Below are positions 61,279 to 64,000 of a DNA stretch of 64,000 nucleotides, in pieces. Origin of the DNA: an uncultured Lachnospiraceae bacterium (GTDB lineage: Bacteria; Bacillota; Clostridia; Lachnospirales; Lachnospiraceae). How positions within the stretch are numbered: position 1 is the stretch's first letter; every line of letters begins with the position of its first letter. Location: NCBI GenBank assembly GCA_900546495.1, contig URDN01000005.1:16631-80630 (forward strand), read 5' to 3'. The translations under genes were made by a program, and so were the position numbers. The notes beneath the pieces are model-generated. The model ran no database searches. It saw only the letters and a list, made by a program, of their open reading frames with translations, and had not been told where the DNA came from.

Positions 61279-61302
61279 AGAGATGCCAATCTCGACATCT
61301 CT
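61279..61302 (-). terminator. Intrinsic terminator after yebC
   Basis: Minus strand AGAGATGTCG-AGAT-TGGCATCTCT followed by TTCTTTTTTT. Confidence 0.7.
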
Positions 61303-61344
61303 CTATTGTTTTACAATATTCAGTTCGAACAATCTTCCGTAAGA

Positions 61345-62073
61345 TTACTCATCCCAGTTATGATATACCTGCTGTACATCATCATCCGCATCCAGAAGAT
61401 CCAGGATTTTATTGATACAATACAAATCTTGTTCATCTGTCAGCTCTACATAAGTCTGCGGAATCATAGTAACTTCTGCACTTGCCATCTCAATACCAGC
61501 TTCTTCCAGAGCCTGTCTTACTTCACTGAAAGAATCCGGATCAGTAATGATCTCGAAGCTGTCCTCTTCCTCATTGAAATCCTCTGCGCCAGCATCCAGG
61601 GCTGCCATCATCAGATCGTCTGCGTCCATATCACAGTTCTCTTTGTCAATGATGATCTGACCTTTTTTATCAAACATGTAAGATACACAACCCGGTGTTC
61701 CTACGTTTCCTTTTCCTTTTGTAAATGCATTTCTTACATTTGCTGCGGTACGGTTTTTGTTGTCTGTCAGCGCATCAACGATGATAGCTGTACCGCTCGG
61801 ACCATATCCTTCATAAGAAACATATTCATAATTTACGGAGTTTGCATCTCCGGCAGCTTTCTTAATACCACGGTCAATGGTATCGTTCGGCATGTTATTT
61901 GCTTTTGCTTTTGCGATAACATCACGAAGTCTGCTGTTGTTTGCTGGATCCGGACCGCCTTCTTTTACTGCAACTGCGATCTCACGTCCAATAATTGTAA
62001 AGATTTTTCCTTTTGCAGCGTCATTTTTTTCTTTTTTATGTTTAATATTTGCAAACTTTGAATGTCCTGACAT
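61345..62073 (-). CDS. yebC: YebC/PmpR (TACO1) family protein
   Basis: [38 protein letters not shown]. Confidence 0.96.
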   Translation of the reverse strand: MSGHSKFANIKHKKEKNDAAKGKIFTIIGREIAVAVKEGGPDPANNSRLRDVIAKAKANNMPNDTIDRGIKKAAGDANSVNYEYVSYEGYGPSGTAIIVDALTDNKNRTAANVRNAFTKGKGNVGTPGCVSYMFDKKGQIIIDKENCDMDADDLMMAALDAGAEDFNEEEDSFEIITDPDSFSEVRQALEEAGIEMASAEVTMIPQTYVELTDEQDLYCINKILDLLDADDDVQQVYHNWDE

Positions 62074-62110
62074 ATCTATCTCTCCCTATCTTTTTTCAAA
62101 ACTGTCGTAT

Positions 62111-62139
62111 ATTATAGCACAATCGACTTATCTTGACAA
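62111..62139 (-). promoter_or_regulatory. SigA-type promoter for yebC
   Basis: TTGTCA-17bp-TATAAT with TG extension. Confidence 0.72.
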
Positions 62140-62180
62140 GATGTACTCTTTGGGTATTGCGTTTGGTATTGCGCCTGATG

Positions 62181-63065
62181 TTATTCTTTTGCTTCTTCCT
62201 GCTCCAGTTTTTTCACCCGCACGGTACGGATGACTTTATTTTCCACAAGCAAAACATCGAACTCAAACCCAAAAGCATCCACCCGAAATACTTCGCCGTC
62301 ATTCGGAATCTTGTTAATTTTTGAAATCAGGAAACCGCTTAGCGTGTCAAAATCTTCCGTTTCTTCCTGTGGAATCTCCAGTAGTTCACAGACCTCGTCA
62401 AAATCTGTCATGCCATTCACCAGATAACTTCCGTCGGATTCCTCCACAATCTGCTCCTCCACAGTATCATGCTCATCAAAAATATTGCCGACGATCTCTT
62501 CCAGAATATCCTCCATAGTCACCAGCCCTGCTGTCTGACCATACTCATCTACCACGATCACCATATGAATCTTCTGGGACTGCATATTTTTAAACAGTAC
62601 ATCAATATTCCGTGTCTCCGGGATAAACGGAGCCGGTCGGATGAGGTTGTCAATGGTGGTAAGCTGTTTTTCCAGCACTGACGGTTCCTGCATCTGATTT
62701 AAAATGTCTTTGATATGTATGATACCGACAATATTATCAATATCATCCAGATAAACCGGATACCGCGAATAAGCCATGTCACGGATCTGTACCAGCGCTT
62801 CCTGCAGTGTTTCCTTCCCATCCAGTGCCATGATCTGTTTCCGGTGAATCATAATATCCTTTGCTTCTTTCTGATCCAGCGTAAAAATATTATTGATCAT
62901 TTCCGCTTCACTCTCCTGAAGCACACCATGTTCATGCCCCTCATTTACCATAGACATGATTTCCTGTTCTGTCAGATCCTCCCCGCTTCCTCTGCGGTTT
63001 TTTCCAAACAGTTTTTTCAGTCCTTTTCCAAAATTATTTAACGGACTGCCATCATCCTCCATCAA
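62181..63065 (-). CDS. HlyC/CorC family CBS-domain protein without N-terminal TM domain
   Basis: YSRYPVY, VVDEYGQTAGLVTMEDILEEIVG, C-terminal CorC/HlyC domain; no hydrophobic segment. Confidence 0.88.
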   Translation of the reverse strand: MMEDDGSPLNNFGKGLKKLFGKNRRGSGEDLTEQEIMSMVNEGHEHGVLQESEAEMINNIFTLDQKEAKDIMIHRKQIMALDGKETLQEALVQIRDMAYSRYPVYLDDIDNIVGIIHIKDILNQMQEPSVLEKQLTTIDNLIRPAPFIPETRNIDVLFKNMQSQKIHMVIVVDEYGQTAGLVTMEDILEEIVGNIFDEHDTVEEQIVEESDGSYLVNGMTDFDEVCELLEIPQEETEDFDTLSGFLISKINKIPNDGEVFRVDAFGFEFDVLLVENKVIRTVRVKKLEQEEAKE

Positions 63066-63150
63066 CTCATACTCCTTCCAAAATCGTTGTGTACTTTTTT
63101 CAGAATAACATCTGTATTACGATCCGTCAAGATTGTCAAGATTATGTAAC

Positions 63151-63492
63151 CTAGAGATCCAGACTGATCTGCAGTGCCCTTCCAACTTTTTCCATGATAT
63201 CACTGTCCAGATGACAGATACGGTCTTTTAACCGCGTTTTGTCAATGGTGCGCAATTGTTCCAGTAAAATCACAGAATCTTTCACCATATGATATCTGGC
63301 AGCGTTTAATTCAATGTGCGTCGGCAATTTTGCCTTGTTCATCCGTGATGTGATCGCCGCGCAGATCACCGTCGGACTGTGGCGGTTTCCCACATCGTTC
63401 TGAATGATCAGAACCGGTCGTACCCCGCCCTGTTCTGAGCCCACCACCGGTCGTAAATCTGCATAATAAATATCTCCTCGTCGAATTAACAT
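63151..63492 (-). CDS. mazF: PemK/MazF (NdoA-type) endoribonuclease toxin
   Basis: [48 protein letters not shown]. Confidence 0.95.
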   Translation of the reverse strand: MLIRRGDIYYADLRPVVGSEQGGVRPVLIIQNDVGNRHSPTVICAAITSRMNKAKLPTHIELNAARYHMVKDSVILLEQLRTIDKTRLKDRICHLDSDIMEKVGRALQISLDL

Positions 63493-63671
63493 TTCATACA
63501 CTCCATTTTTTAGGTTACTGACATTCTTCCCATTTTCAGCGTGTGTATTCCTGTTATTTTTATAGTAAGTTAAAAAATAACTCCCACCTTTACCGGCGAA
63601 TACAATAAAAACAGATTAAATTCGAAAGATATTTTACAGATCCATCACCATTTCAGAATAAATGTAAATAC

Positions 63672-64000
63672 TTAATGATAAATGCGCGGGATTCGCTTGT
63701 TCAGATCACAGGCAAGTTCATAGTTAAACCTTCCGGACATGTCGCCAAGCTCCTCCATTGTGATCGTCTCTGCCCCGTCTGTTCCGATCAGTGTCACTTC
63801 ATCTCCCGGTTTTACATCCGGGATTTCAGAAACATCTACCATCATCTGATCCATGCAGACTCTGCCACAGATTGCTGCACGTTTTCCATGGATCAGCACA
63901 TAACCTTTGTTTGACAGACTGCGCGGATAGCCATCTGCATATCCAACCGGTACTGTTGCAATCTGCATCGTTTTTTCTACTTCAAAAGTTCCGCCGTAAC
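63672..64000 (-). CDS. alr: Alanine racemase, C-terminal part (partial)
   Basis: YGGTF..ATVPVGYADGYPR, GRVCMDQ, YELAC..RIPRIY; runs off the window edge. Confidence 0.95.
   Translation of the reverse strand, partial: YGGTFEVEKTMQIATVPVGYADGYPRSLSNKGYVLIHGKRAAICGRVCMDQMMVDVSEIPDVKPGDEVTLIGTDGAETITMEELGDMSGRFNYELACDLNKRIPRIYH

Overview
A mostly housekeeping chromosomal segment of a low-GC anaerobic Firmicute. Gene content and order suggest Clostridia, probably Lachnospiraceae; this taxonomic call is inference. Most genes lie on the minus strand. Core genes include aroA, a class A PBP, lepA-hemW, der-plsY-gpsA, nifJ, pyrH-frr-uppS-cdsA-dxr-rseP-ispG-polC, fhs-folD, tepA-uppP-ftsK, glgA and alr-mazF. 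I saw no rRNA, tRNA, CRISPR array, transposase or prophage. Four signals stand out. (1) A three-gene peptidoglycan cassette (Asp racemase, ATP-grasp D-Asp ligase, and a MurE lacking the mDAP-specific DNPR motif) could build an L-Lys/Orn-D-Asp wall in a lineage usually described as mDAP-type. (2) A modular family of palindromic intergenic repeats includes co-oriented copies, a nested 89-bp module flanked by a CTG duplication with an 'empty' site also in the window, a chimera, and a separate 3x94-bp tandem hairpin array. (3) A PheA has an internally deleted, catalytically degenerate prephenate dehydratase domain but intact chorismate mutase and ACT domains. (4) mazF has no antitoxin gene between it and alr. 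Product calls rest on motif recognition by eye, not database searches. Several starts were moved downstream of the ORF-track starts using RBS evidence.
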